Virus record (IMG/VR): IMGVR_UViG_3300020157_000004
Span: 2,279-66,278 of that record
DNA: 64,000 nucleotides
Direction: 5' to 3' (one strand)
DNA from: a virus
Below, one piece after another: positions 37,781 to 47,035 of this stretch (position 1 is the stretch's first letter; every line of letters starts with the position of its first letter). The position numbers were made by a program, and so were the translations under genes. The notes beneath the pieces are model-generated. The model saw nothing but the letters and a program-made list of their open reading frames with translations, did not search any database and had not been told where the DNA came from.

Positions 37781-38914
37781 ATGTCAACTAACGCAACATC
37801 AACAGCAGTCGCAACAACAAACGACCCGGCACTTCCACGCAAACGCACACTCAGGGATCACCTTGAGAATCCAAAGTTTTTAGCAGAGATCGCCAAAGCT
37901 TTGCCGAAGCACATGAAGGCTGAGCGGATGGCCCGAGTCGCCATCACGGCAATGACCAAGACTCCCGCACTGGCGGACTGCGAGCCGGAATCATTCTTCA
38001 AATGCCTTCTCGATCTTTCCGCCTTGGGTCTGGAACCGGATGGCCGACGGGCGCACTTGATTCCGTTCAAGGATAACCGTCGCGGGGTCACTGTCTGCAC
38101 CCTGATCGTCGATTACAAAGGCATCGCCGAACTCGCCTACAACAGCGGCGTGGTGTCCTACCTGCACGCTGATGTTGTCCGTGAAGGCGACTTGTTCAAG
38201 TATTCAAAGGGTGCGCTCCTTGAACACATTCCCTGGTTCCTCCGGCGCGACGACGAGAAGCCAGCCGAAGCTGGAATCATTTTCGCGGTGTATGCGATGG
38301 CGAAGCTCAAGGACGGAGGCGAGAAGGTTGACGTGATGAGCGTGAGCGAGATCGAAGACGTGATGAATGGAAGTCAGGGATACAAGGCTGCGGTCAAGTA
38401 TGGCAAAGACCACCCTTGGCTTACCAACTGGAACGAGATGGCGAAGAAAACCGCCTTCCGCCGCATGAGCAAATGGCTGCCGCTAAGCCCGGAAGTTCGC
38501 GACCAGATGTCCAAAGAGGACGAGGAAGAGGAACGGTTCTCCACAGCCAAGAAGGCCAAGGTTGAGCAGGAAGTTCAAGTGCCCGCTATGGCTTTCATCG
38601 CCCCTCCACCTGAAGAAATTATTACAGCACCCACAGCGCAGGCCGAGCCTGTAATGGCGACTCCAATCACACGAACTGAAACAGCAGCCACCACCACCCT
38701 ACCGGCGACGGACAACACTCTGCAAAAGCTGGCCTCGCTGATGGCCCGTGATTCTGTTTCTGAGGATGTGGTAATGGTTTATGTTCAAGCCACCTTCGTT
38801 GATTGTGATTCGCTTGGCTCAATCGGTGAAGTGAATGACATCAAGCCGTCCGCAATTTCCAGCCTTGTTCGGAATTGGGACAAGAACTTGAAGGCGATTA
38901 AGGAAGGAAAGTAA
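37781..38914 (+). CDS. recT: RecT family single-strand annealing protein
   Basis: LGLEPD..AHLIPF, IVDYKG, VVREGD, W..NWNEMAKKTAFRRMSKWLPLS. Confidence 0.93.
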   Translation: MSTNATSTAVATTNDPALPRKRTLRDHLENPKFLAEIAKALPKHMKAERMARVAITAMTKTPALADCEPESFFKCLLDLSALGLEPDGRRAHLIPFKDNRRGVTVCTLIVDYKGIAELAYNSGVVSYLHADVVREGDLFKYSKGALLEHIPWFLRRDDEKPAEAGIIFAVYAMAKLKDGGEKVDVMSVSEIEDVMNGSQGYKAAVKYGKDHPWLTNWNEMAKKTAFRRMSKWLPLSPEVRDQMSKEDEEEERFSTAKKAKVEQEVQVPAMAFIAPPPEEIITAPTAQAEPVMATPITRTETAATTTLPATDNTLQKLASLMARDSVSEDVVMVYVQATFVDCDSLGSIGEVNDIKPSAISSLVRNWDKNLKAIKEGK

Positions 38915-39831
38915 TGACACCCTTGCTTTTTGAGAGCGGTCAGACCGGAGTGTTTTTCGACCTTCCATCTGCCGCCTATTTCAAGGAAACGGCGCTGAGC
39001 CATTCCCTGATGAAGGAACTCCATCCCACCCCTGCTCATGGTCTGTCCTATCTGTCAGCGGTTCGGGAGCCGTCGATCGCCATGATTATCGGAACACTGG
39101 TGCATCACATGATACTCCAGCCGGAGGTTCCGCCACTGGAGGTCGCTGTGATTCCAGACACATACCCGGCCATGAAGGGTAATGCGTTGGTAAAGAGCGG
39201 CGAGATCAGGGAAGGCGATCCGATTCCGTGGAACGGCAACTCATCCTACTGTAAGGCGTGGAGGAAGGGTCAGGAATCGGAAGGCCGGTTTGTGCTTCAA
39301 CGCACCGGCAAAGACGGCTACGAGTCGGTCATGGCGATGGTTAAATCAGCAGCCAGCAATCCATCGGTTCGGGAGTTGATAATGGAGGGCGACAGCGAGG
39401 TGTCGTTGTTCGCCGAGATAAACACGGTTCACGGTCCCATCCGAGGCAAGGCTCGGCTTGATTTCGTCCCGAAGATTCCCTGGCTTATTGATTTCAAGAC
39501 CACGCAGGATGCCAGCCCTGATTCGTTCGCCAAAGATTTGGTCAACTTGAGATACGCCTCTCAGGCGGCATGGTATCTCGAAACATGGAACCGTCTCTGC
39601 GATATGGAGAACCGAAAGCAGGGGTTCATCTTTTTCGCCATCGAGAAGAACCCACCCTACTTGGTTGCGTGCTACAAGCTCGACAAGGAGGCATTACAGT
39701 GGGGTTCAGAGAGGTGTCAGGAAGATGTGGACACTTACGCGCGTTGCTTTCACACCGGGGAATGGCCGGGGTATAGCAACAAGATCATACCATTAAGTCT
39801 GCCATCATTTATCAAAAGGAGCACACATTGA
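38914..39831 (+). CDS. RecE-like PD-(D/E)XK exonuclease (DUF3799-type)
   Basis: LSHS, GTLVH, EVS, KARLD, IDFKTT, YASQAAWY, FFAIEKNPPY. Confidence 0.88.
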   Translation: MTPLLFESGQTGVFFDLPSAAYFKETALSHSLMKELHPTPAHGLSYLSAVREPSIAMIIGTLVHHMILQPEVPPLEVAVIPDTYPAMKGNALVKSGEIREGDPIPWNGNSSYCKAWRKGQESEGRFVLQRTGKDGYESVMAMVKSAASNPSVRELIMEGDSEVSLFAEINTVHGPIRGKARLDFVPKIPWLIDFKTTQDASPDSFAKDLVNLRYASQAAWYLETWNRLCDMENRKQGFIFFAIEKNPPYLVACYKLDKEALQWGSERCQEDVDTYARCFHTGEWPGYSNKIIPLSLPSFIKRSTH

Positions 39832-40259
39832 AAAAAGCACTCTGCATGTTTGTCGGTGTCGTCCATGAGACGGCAAAAATTATCAGCCCGGATTTTGGTG
39901 GAAAGCCGTTCGTCGCATTCGCCCTTACGGGTGATCCGACCAGCTACGGAAACGAGGGCAAACAATTCACTGAACGGGTGAATGTGAAGCTATACCCACG
40001 AGACATTGAGGGGGCCGTATCGGAGATCAAGGCTGGCCGTTTGATCTCAGTTTTCGGAGAGGCTTCTGCTCGCGCAGTAGAATCCAAGCGCGATGGCGGT
40101 AAGCCTTTTGCAAACCTTGAGATAGTAACCTTCAACTACACCCTTGAGGGGATTGTTCCGACCGAGAAAAAATCCACCCCGCCTCAAGCTGAACTTCCGC
40201 GTGCGAAATCTTCCACCGTCAAAGCTCCGCCACCGGATGAAGATGATGTTCCGTTTTGA
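39828..40259 (+). CDS. ssb: Single-stranded DNA-binding protein
   Basis: OB-fold-like body and C-terminal DEDDVPF. Confidence 0.8.
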   Translation: MKKALCMFVGVVHETAKIISPDFGGKPFVAFALTGDPTSYGNEGKQFTERVNVKLYPRDIEGAVSEIKAGRLISVFGEASARAVESKRDGGKPFANLEIVTFNYTLEGIVPTEKKSTPPQAELPRAKSSTVKAPPPDEDDVPF

Positions 40260-40265
40260 AAAACC

Positions 40266-40655
40266 ATGAACCCGCTTGTGCCAGCAACTTCCTACAACGA
40301 ACTGAAGAAAAGGTTTCCCAATGCCAGTGATTATTTCCTGCGGAAAAACTCCTATCCGTTATCCCATCCGGCTGGTGGTGTTCCGAAAGATACCCAGCCT
40401 GAACCGGCTGTTCGCGATGAACCCTTGGGGAAGGCTAAGGGAAAAGAAGCAAACTCAGAGCGCTTTCGCGTCAGCGTTACGAGCTATCGAACACGGCTCA
40501 TCGACCCCGACAACCTGACGCCGAAGTATTTCATTGATGCGTGCCGATACGCAGGACTGATCCCGTCGGACGATCCGAAGACCATCGACCTGTTAGTTAA
40601 ACAGGTTCTCTGTAAATCAAATCCAAGAACTGAAATCGTAATCGAAAAAATATGA
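40266..40655 (+). CDS. RusA-like Holliday junction resolvase
   Basis: DPDNL..K.F.D...GLI.DD...PRTEI motif. Confidence 0.75.
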   Translation: MNPLVPATSYNELKKRFPNASDYFLRKNSYPLSHPAGGVPKDTQPEPAVRDEPLGKAKGKEANSERFRVSVTSYRTRLIDPDNLTPKYFIDACRYAGLIPSDDPKTIDLLVKQVLCKSNPRTEIVIEKI

Positions 40656-42139
40656 CTGGCTTCAATCATGTTTACCTACCAGTGCCCGATCTGAAAAAGC
40701 CGCTGCGGCAAAAGACCGCCTCTGTTGACCTGTCCAAGCTTGACCGTCTTCCGCCTCATTCCATAGAGGCCGAGCAGGGAGTTCTTGGCTGCATTCTGCT
40801 TTCCCCTTCCGAGTGCATTAACCTTTGCTTGGAGAAGGTAAAGCCGCATGACGATGTGTTCTACGACTTGCGGCATCAGGAATTGTTTTCCACTCTGGTA
40901 AGGATGCAGGAGTCGCGTAAGCCGATTGACCTAATTACAGTGCAGCAAGAACTGCATAACTGTGGAAAGCTGGAGGGAATTGGTGGTCTTTCTTACCTAT
41001 CCGGCCTGATGGACGCGGTTCCAAGCGCGGCAAACCTCGCCTACTACCTCGACATAATCCGGGAGAAACACGTTCTTCGGAGGATGCTTCAGACCTGCAC
41101 GGGCGTTTTAGGCAGGGTTCATGACCATGAAGGTGAGGTTGACGCCCTGATGGAGTCGGTTGAGAAGGAGATAATGGCCATCCGCGATCTCCGGATAACG
41201 AACGGCAAGGAGTCCAGAAAGCAGTCACTTATCCGGGTTACTGATGCCATAATCAACAACTCCAAGAACAAGGGGGCCACGATCGGTCTGGCCACCGGCA
41301 TACCAAAGCTCGACGGGATGATTAACGGATGGCGGCCCGGCAGGCTCTACGTTCTTGCAGCCCTGTCCAAGTGGGGTAAATCGAGCCTGGCCTTGCAGAC
41401 TGCCGACTACTGCGCGGCAGCCACCGACAGCAAGGGGAACCATACCTGCCCGGTTGCCTACTTCTCCCTTGAAATGCCACGAGATGAACTAAATGAGCGG
41501 TCACTTGGCAGGGAGTCGGATGTTCCATCCCACGAGATTCAGAACCCATCCTGCCTCAACCCTGACGACGCCATCAATGAATCTGACAAGCGCCGAAGAA
41601 CATTGAAGATTCAGCGACTCAGAGATACCAACGGGGCAATCTCAAAGTGGCCGCTGCTTATCGTCGATGAACCAGGCATCCCCATATCCAAGATGCGGGC
41701 CGCCGCTCGCCGAATGGTGGTTGAGGACGGAGTGAAGCTGATCGTGGTGGACTACCTGCAACTCATGGAGGGAACCACCGAGTCCCGAGGCAAGAACAGT
41801 TCCCGCGAGCGGGAGATCAGCTCGATCAGCAAAGGCTTAAAGGACATGGCGATGGAGTTGAAGGTTCCTGTAATTGCTCTGGCGCAGCTCAACCGGGAGT
41901 TTGAGAAGTCAACTGGTCGCAAGCCAAAGCTGTCCGACCTGCGGGAATCAGGGTCGATCGGTCAGGACGCCGACTGCGTGATCTTCCTCTACGGGAACGA
42001 GGATCAGATCGAGCTTCCGATCGCAGCGACCAAATGCCTTGTCGCGGCCCAACGCGGCGGGGCCACCGGAGAGTTCATGTTGACCTTCAACAAGCCGCTG
42101 TTTCGCTTTGAAGCCCACACCCACAAGCCGCTTCCGTAA
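40652..42139 (+). CDS. dnaB: Replicative DNA helicase DnaB-like
   Basis: PPHSIEAEQGVLG, Walker A ALSKWGKS, FSLEM, IVVDYLQLM, AQLNR, DLRESGSIGQDAD. Confidence 0.95.
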   Translation: MTGFNHVYLPVPDLKKPLRQKTASVDLSKLDRLPPHSIEAEQGVLGCILLSPSECINLCLEKVKPHDDVFYDLRHQELFSTLVRMQESRKPIDLITVQQELHNCGKLEGIGGLSYLSGLMDAVPSAANLAYYLDIIREKHVLRRMLQTCTGVLGRVHDHEGEVDALMESVEKEIMAIRDLRITNGKESRKQSLIRVTDAIINNSKNKGATIGLATGIPKLDGMINGWRPGRLYVLAALSKWGKSSLALQTADYCAAATDSKGNHTCPVAYFSLEMPRDELNERSLGRESDVPSHEIQNPSCLNPDDAINESDKRRRTLKIQRLRDTNGAISKWPLLIVDEPGIPISKMRAAARRMVVEDGVKLIVVDYLQLMEGTTESRGKNSSREREISSISKGLKDMAMELKVPVIALAQLNREFEKSTGRKPKLSDLRESGSIGQDADCVIFLYGNEDQIELPIAATKCLVAAQRGGATGEFMLTFNKPLFRFEAHTHKPLP

Positions 42140-42195
42140 CTTTCCCATTGACTGTCGTAAGTATAAGTGTGAGCGTAAGTGTAAATTAAATCCGG

Positions 42196-42420
42196 ATGAA
42201 AAAGCCTTTGAAAATGAACCTTGAGGTGGGCATTGAACCCCCTCCTGATCGCGGTTGGAAACGCCGGACTCAGGGTTTGGACACCATCAATCCCGGTCAA
42301 AGCGTGGTGGTAAACCTGGCCGAGGCCAACGCCATCGTGCAGATGGGCAGGCGCAAGGGATGGAGGATGGCGCAAGTCAAGACGGGTGCCAACGAAGCCC
42401 GAGTATGGAGGCGGGCTTGA
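42196..42420 (+). CDS. Small DNA-binding-type protein
   Basis: 74 aa, GIEPP...INPGQSV...RVWR; preceded by short (CG)TAAGT repeats at 42156-42183. Confidence 0.6.
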   Translation: MKKPLKMNLEVGIEPPPDRGWKRRTQGLDTINPGQSVVVNLAEANAIVQMGRRKGWRMAQVKTGANEARVWRRA

Positions 42421-42428
42421 GTTCTCTT

Positions 42429-42623
42429 ATGCCAAGGGTTCCAGAGCGCGATTACGAGGAGCCGGTCAACGGTGAACCGTGGCCGGAATGCTGCGGAGAG
42501 CTGATGCAAGGCAGGCTTAACGGAAGCTTTATCTGCCTCGAATGCGAGTCGATCTACACCATCCCAAGATACAAGGGCGAAGAGCCTGACATAGAGGACA
42601 CATTTGAAGATGAAACCAGCTAA
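42429..42623 (+). CDS. Small zinc-ribbon protein
   Basis: CCG...CLEC; ATG 42429. Confidence 0.5.
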   Translation: MPRVPERDYEEPVNGEPWPECCGELMQGRLNGSFICLECESIYTIPRYKGEEPDIEDTFEDETS

Positions 42624-42930
42624 GACAATTACCCGCCGTTCGCAGCAGCGCATGGTTAGGCCGAGGACGAACAACCTCGCAGCAACCGTCTTTGTATTTG
42701 AAAGCACGCGGAAGCCGTATCAAACACACGTCGTCTATCTCGACCAAGCAAGCTGCTATGTGGATCACCCAGGATGGAAACACACCGCCACGCTTGAACC
42801 CGCAGTGTGGATAGAACACCTGATGAACAATCCCGCTGAACGCGAGAAGCATATCGAAAGCATCTGCTATCGGCCTAACAACAAAGCTCTGCCGCAGGGT
42901 GGGGCGAAGAAAGGCAACGATGAACACTGA
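42610..42930 (+). CDS. Hypothetical protein in apparent gene cassette (both termini encoded by attC-like sequence)
   Basis: Bracketed by the inverted repeat GTTAGGCCGA (42655-42664) / TCGGCCTAAC (42870-42879). Confidence 0.65.
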   Translation: MKPAKTITRRSQQRMVRPRTNNLAATVFVFESTRKPYQTHVVYLDQASCYVDHPGWKHTATLEPAVWIEHLMNNPAEREKHIESICYRPNNKALPQGGAKKGNDEH

Positions 42931-42973
42931 GACTCAATCGCCCCACCCTGTTGGCAGCAGCGCATGGTTAGAC
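42873..42973 (-). other. Integron attC-like recombination site (complete)
   Basis: Minus strand GTCTAAC-catgc-GCTGCTGCCAAC-AGGGTGGGGCGA...TCGCCCCACCCT-GCGGCAGAGC-tttgtt-GTTAGGC; exact RYYYAAC and GTTRRRY cores, extrahelical base in the L box, 101 bp. Confidence 0.8.
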
Positions 42974-43219
42974 CCATTGCGTGACCAAGTGCGCGCCGAA
43001 CTTGAACGTGAACGCGCCAGAAACATCGACGCACAAGTAAACGGAACGGGCGGTAAGTATCTAGCCGAACTCCGCGCCGAGAACGAGAAGCTTCGCGTAG
43101 TAGCTGACAACTTCTGCGCCCTGATCTTGGTTAGAAGCAGTGATAGCACGCAGTTTGAAAAAGATTTGTTACACATCTACAACCAACTCCCTCACGTCAA
43201 GGAAAGGAACAAACAATGA
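42920..43219 (+). CDS. Coiled-coil hypothetical protein starting inside the attC loop
   Basis: RBS AAGAAAGG and ATG 42920 lie within the attC variable loop. Confidence 0.65.
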   Translation: MNTETQSPHPVGSSAWLDPLRDQVRAELERERARNIDAQVNGTGGKYLAELRAENEKLRVVADNFCALILVRSSDSTQFEKDLLHIYNQLPHVKERNKQ

Positions 43220-43338
43220 CACCTACACTTCTAGGCGAATACATTATCTACGCAGGCGCAGCTCTATGGTGGGTGTTTATGACATTCATCGTCACTCTCT
43301 ACTTAATGGGCGTGTTTGATAAGGAGAACAAACAATGA
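43216..43338 (+). CDS. Small membrane peptide (40 aa)
   Basis: RBS GAAAGGA, ATGA overlaps at both ends, one hydrophobic helix. Confidence 0.5.
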   Translation: MTPTLLGEYIIYAGAALWWVFMTFIVTLYLMGVFDKENKQ

Positions 43339-43706
43339 CCACCACCGAACACCTCGAAAAGATCAAGGCCAAGTGCCTTGCAAACCTCGCGCTCGCGGAG
43401 AATAGGACGCAGGGAACGTGGGAATGGAAAGCTGGAAAGGAAATTGAATACGATCCGTATATTGATCTCATGTGCGGTTACAAGGTTGTGCTCGGGCCGC
43501 GCCATGATGGAAACTTCGGTAGCCAACTCATCAGCACGCCGTCAGACCGAACCTACATCGCCGCCTGTGCCGGTGCCGCCGAATCGGGATGGAAGTCCAC
43601 CATCGCGGCGATTGAAACAGCGCAACTGCTAGAATCTGTGAATAGCGACATCACCAACGCCATTGTGGACGCCATCATCGCCGCTTGGCCGGAGGAACTT
43701 CTGTGA
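43335..43706 (+). CDS. Ead/Ea22-like phage protein
   Basis: AENRTQGTW...DRTYIAA pattern resembles the Ead/Ea22 N-domain; AAGGAG RBS. Confidence 0.5.
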   Translation: MTTTEHLEKIKAKCLANLALAENRTQGTWEWKAGKEIEYDPYIDLMCGYKVVLGPRHDGNFGSQLISTPSDRTYIAACAGAAESGWKSTIAAIETAQLLESVNSDITNAIVDAIIAAWPEELL

Positions 43707-43946
43707 AACGCCACCGTAACCGCCGCCGCCGTTGCAGATGGTATAGGTGCATGTTGGCGCAGGAGCGCATTTTCTTTTACGCTCTAGCTTTCGCGCTGGG
43801 TGCAACGGTCAAGGAATGGCTCGCCCGCTAATTTCCCCTCTATGAAAAAACAACATGGCCACCATCCCGTGCGACGACATGGGCAACCTTACCGTGCCGT
43901 GGAACTGGACGGGGCAAGCGCAAAAAAAGTAGCCATGAGGATCGTA

Positions 43947-44189
43947 ATGAAGACCAGATTAAAACAGGCTGTGATGCTGGAGATTGCCCCGCCGAAAGTC
44001 CGGGCAGTCCGGGTGTGGAGGATGCACGCGATCGACTTGGGGCACAACCCGTGCGTTGGCCCGTCGTATATGGCCCTCTACAAATGTAACTTCTGCGGAA
44101 CCAGATCAGAATGGAAGACGGCTTCAACCTACACAGAGATCAGGCGGGGCATACCGTGCCCAAAGTGCAACAACCTGAAAGCGTCTTGA
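43947..44189 (+). CDS. Zinc-finger protein
   Basis: CNFC...CPKC; start uncertain. Confidence 0.5.
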   Translation: MKTRLKQAVMLEIAPPKVRAVRVWRMHAIDLGHNPCVGPSYMALYKCNFCGTRSEWKTASTYTEIRRGIPCPKCNNLKAS

Positions 44190-44229
44190 CAAAGTTTGAC
44201 ATTTGATTATTGTCAAACAATGTCAAAAC
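44183..44229. promoter_or_regulatory. Array of TTGACA/TGTCAA boxes (operator/iteron-like)
   Basis: TTGACA at 44186 and 44196, TGTCAA at 44211 and 44221 (10-bp phasing, inverted pairs). Confidence 0.6.
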
Positions 44230-44453
44230 GAAGATGGAAAGTGGTGGAGTCAGGCGAAGCTCCCGGCGAGCTAAAGGACACTGAATATATGTGCTTGGAG
44301 TGTATGAATGAGAGTCTTCTCGGCGTGGTGGGAATCCCCTTGGCCCAGCTTGGCTGCGGGATTGTGTTCAACAATCACAAGCATTGGATGCCCAAAACCA
44401 TCCGGTGCCCCCACTGCAAGGCGACGTTGACCATGAAAGGGGGTTCCAAGTGA
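44220..44453 (+). CDS. Zinc-finger protein
   Basis: CLEC...CPHC; stop overlaps the next GTG. Confidence 0.55.
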   Translation: MSKRRWKVVESGEAPGELKDTEYMCLECMNESLLGVVGIPLAQLGCGIVFNNHKHWMPKTIRCPHCKATLTMKGGSK

Positions 44454-45547
44454 GCTACGGAAAGATTTTCTCAAGCTGTTTTAACGGCTCGATGGTTGGC
44501 GCAGGCCCGGATGTGTTTGCGGTGTGGGCTTACGTGATCGCCAACACGGTGCAAGAACAGGTGGAATTAAACCCGACAATCCTGGCCGCCGTGATCGGTT
44601 GCGACAAATCCAGAATGGTGGAGGCGATTGACCGGCTCTGCCAACCCGATCCTTCGAGTCGAAATAAAGACGAAGATGGTCGAAGACTTGTCAAAGAAGG
44701 TCAATTTGCATACCGCGTTGTCTCTCATTTTATCTATCGAAGCATGAAAGATGAGGACGAAAGAAGGGAATACAACCGTATAAAACAGCGGGAACATCGT
44801 GCAAAGCAAGCAGTTACAGAAGATGTCAAAACTGGTAAAGATTTGTCAAGACAAGCAGAAGCAGAAGCAGAAGCAGAAAAGAAGAAGAGAGCGACCCTTA
44901 AAACTTTTAACTCCGAACCGAAGAAAAAGGAGGAAACCGTCTCAAAGTTAGAAGTCGTGGTAACGGATAAACCGGATTGGAGTTTCCAAGGCGTAGAACT
45001 TCCCGAGTGCTTTCGCACCCACAACTGCGTTCAGGCCATCACTCAATGGTTGGAACACAAGCGGGAGATGAAAACTCCCTACACCACCCAAGGATTGAAA
45101 AACACCTTCAGTCGATGGTCCAAGCAGTTTACCGCCGCGAACCTTCCATCAACCATCGAGTATTGCATCAGCAACGGATGGAAGGGGCTTTACAAAGAAC
45201 GCACCGAGATCATCAGCGCCACCAATACGCGGTTGTCGCAAGAACGAAGGATCATTGAAAACCTCAATGATGTCCACGGACCTGCAAAAATCAGCCGCGA
45301 CACCCTTTCTTTGATGTGTCAGGACGCAGGACAATATCGCGGAACAATGGAATTCATGCTAAAATGCCAGGTTTGCTACGATAATGGAGCCATCTTTGGA
45401 GGTGAAAGGCATGGCTGGATTCCTGTGGTGCCCAAGGAGCCGCTTCCGGAGGGCTTTGTGCCCGTGGTGGCCGAAGAGGCAATCAAACAGCAGGACGACT
45501 ACCTGGACGCGCAGGAAGAGGCCATCCTGAAAAAGAGCAGGAAGTGA
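44450..45547 (+). CDS. Phage replication initiator protein (lambda O-like organisation)
   Basis: YGKIFSS..GSM N-terminal wHTH-like region, REYNRIKQREHR, EAEAEAE linker, C-terminal W..HKRE...SNGWKGL domain. Confidence 0.75.
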   Translation: MSYGKIFSSCFNGSMVGAGPDVFAVWAYVIANTVQEQVELNPTILAAVIGCDKSRMVEAIDRLCQPDPSSRNKDEDGRRLVKEGQFAYRVVSHFIYRSMKDEDERREYNRIKQREHRAKQAVTEDVKTGKDLSRQAEAEAEAEKKKRATLKTFNSEPKKKEETVSKLEVVVTDKPDWSFQGVELPECFRTHNCVQAITQWLEHKREMKTPYTTQGLKNTFSRWSKQFTAANLPSTIEYCISNGWKGLYKERTEIISATNTRLSQERRIIENLNDVHGPAKISRDTLSLMCQDAGQYRGTMEFMLKCQVCYDNGAIFGGERHGWIPVVPKEPLPEGFVPVVAEEAIKQQDDYLDAQEEAILKKSRK

Positions 45548-45574
45548 ATTTTACGGTCAATCCAATAAAACAAA

Positions 45575-45892
45575 ATGAATCCATCCACCGAAACCCCCAC
45601 CCGCGAAGAACTGCTGGCCAATAACGCCGCCCTCCATTCATCCCTGATGACCGCCTACGGCGTGATCGCCCGTCAAGCGATGCAAGTGATAGCCCCACCC
45701 GAAGAACGCAAGGTGTTCATCACTGAAGCCGACATGAACTACACGTTCATGGTCATGGATTCGTGGCTGGAGAACGAAAAGCTCAAGGGCAACAACCCAA
45801 TGGATCAGGCTCAAAACCTCGATGATCTCATGGCTAAAGCCTTAAAATACGAGGAGGAGATGAAAGCGAAAGAAGCGAAACATGAAAATTAA
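45575..45892 (+). CDS. Hypothetical protein
   Basis: 105 aa ATG ORF in operon context. Confidence 0.6.
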   Translation: MNPSTETPTREELLANNAALHSSLMTAYGVIARQAMQVIAPPEERKVFITEADMNYTFMVMDSWLENEKLKGNNPMDQAQNLDDLMAKALKYEEEMKAKEAKHEN

Positions 45893-46139
45893 ACCCCTCG
45901 CTGAAAAAGCACTTCAACTTGTAAACGCTGTAATTCAATTGACCGCCACTGTAATTGCTTTGTTGGCCAGTATTTGCGTTATCGTTAATCTCATCGACAT
46001 ATCCCTGGCCATAGTCGAAGGCTCAAAGTCGTCCCATTCCATGATCTCAAAGTTCATCGTAGTAGCCCAATGGTATGCGGTGGCCCTAATCGCCAAAGCC
46101 GTTAAAAATCAACCCCACCCCAGTCAAACCCTCAAATGA
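45882..46139 (+). CDS. Small membrane protein
   Basis: Two hydrophobic segments; overlaps both neighbours. Confidence 0.5.
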   Translation: MKIKPLAEKALQLVNAVIQLTATVIALLASICVIVNLIDISLAIVEGSKSSHSMISKFIVVAQWYAVALIAKAVKNQPHPSQTLK

Positions 46140-46537
46140 TTAAAGACCTAACCCACGCTAAACTCGTCGCCGCCCTCTCCAAAAACGGAGCCACCATCAA
46201 AGACGAGATGACCGGAACCCAAGCCCACATCCTTCACATGGCCGTAGGCATCTCAGGTGAAGCCGGTGAACTCCTCGACGCCATCAAAAAACACGTCATC
46301 TACCAAAAACCCATCGACCTCGAAAATGTCGTCGAAGAACTCGGTGATCTCGAATTCTACATCGAAGGTCTCAGGCAATCCCTCGCCATCACCCGTCAGG
46401 AAACCATCGACCACAACATCGCCAAACTCTCCGTCCGCTACTCCAAAGGCTCCTACTCCGATCAACAGGCCCATCAACGCGCCGACAAAACCATTGACCC
46501 AACCGCTGATGGTCTGAAGATGTATAAAAAGGGGTAA
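46136..46537 (+). CDS. MazG-like nucleotide pyrophosphohydrolase
   Basis: GISGEAGELLDAIKK, EELGDLEFY, NIAKL..RY. Confidence 0.9.
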   Translation: MIKDLTHAKLVAALSKNGATIKDEMTGTQAHILHMAVGISGEAGELLDAIKKHVIYQKPIDLENVVEELGDLEFYIEGLRQSLAITRQETIDHNIAKLSVRYSKGSYSDQQAHQRADKTIDPTADGLKMYKKG

Positions 46538-46618
46538 GGGGCAGGGGGCTTGAGTCGCGCAGAGGGGCATACCTATTGATACGAGCGCACCCGCGCCCAC
46601 CCCCGCGCCCCCCGCGTC

Positions 46619-47035
46619 TTAAACGCCCGGACAGGCAGGCGATCTAACGCGCTTCACGCTCGCGCATTTTTTTGCGGTCAGGTCCGTGCCGCAAGCAGGA
46701 CACCTGCACAGTGTGAGTTCCAGAGGGGATACCCTATCCCCTATTGCACGCTTTGATATGCCCGTAAACATTGGCGTTTCATCATGTTTGCTCGCGTCCG
46801 AGTAAGAAATGGGCGCGTTACCGAGTGCGTTTCCAAGCGGGTCAATCCACCCCTTCTCTAAGGCTAGGAAGTAAAGCCTCAAACGTGGACTCCCGTTTCG
46901 CGCGTGTCGCTCTGCTAAGCGAATCGAGCTTGGGTGGACGCCTACGACGCCAGCTAAAGCTTCACACGTTAAACCAAGCTTCAGGCGCGCGGTTCTGAAG
47001 TCGAAGTGAACGTCGGAAAGGAAACACCGAGCCAT
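46619..47035 (-). CDS. XRE-type HTH regulator with C-terminal CxxC (repressor candidate)
   Basis: RTARLKLGLTCEALAGVVGVHPSSIRLAE; divergent from the early region. Confidence 0.55.
   Translation of the reverse strand: MARCFLSDVHFDFRTARLKLGLTCEALAGVVGVHPSSIRLAERHARNGSPRLRLYFLALEKGWIDPLGNALGNAPISYSDASKHDETPMFTGISKRAIGDRVSPLELTLCRCPACGTDLTAKKCASVKRVRSPACPGV

Noticed and set aside
44853-44876. (AAGCAG)4 as a CRISPR or contingency repeat
   Set aside because: In-frame coding repeat for the EAEAEAE linker common in phage initiators; no CRISPR array was seen in the window.
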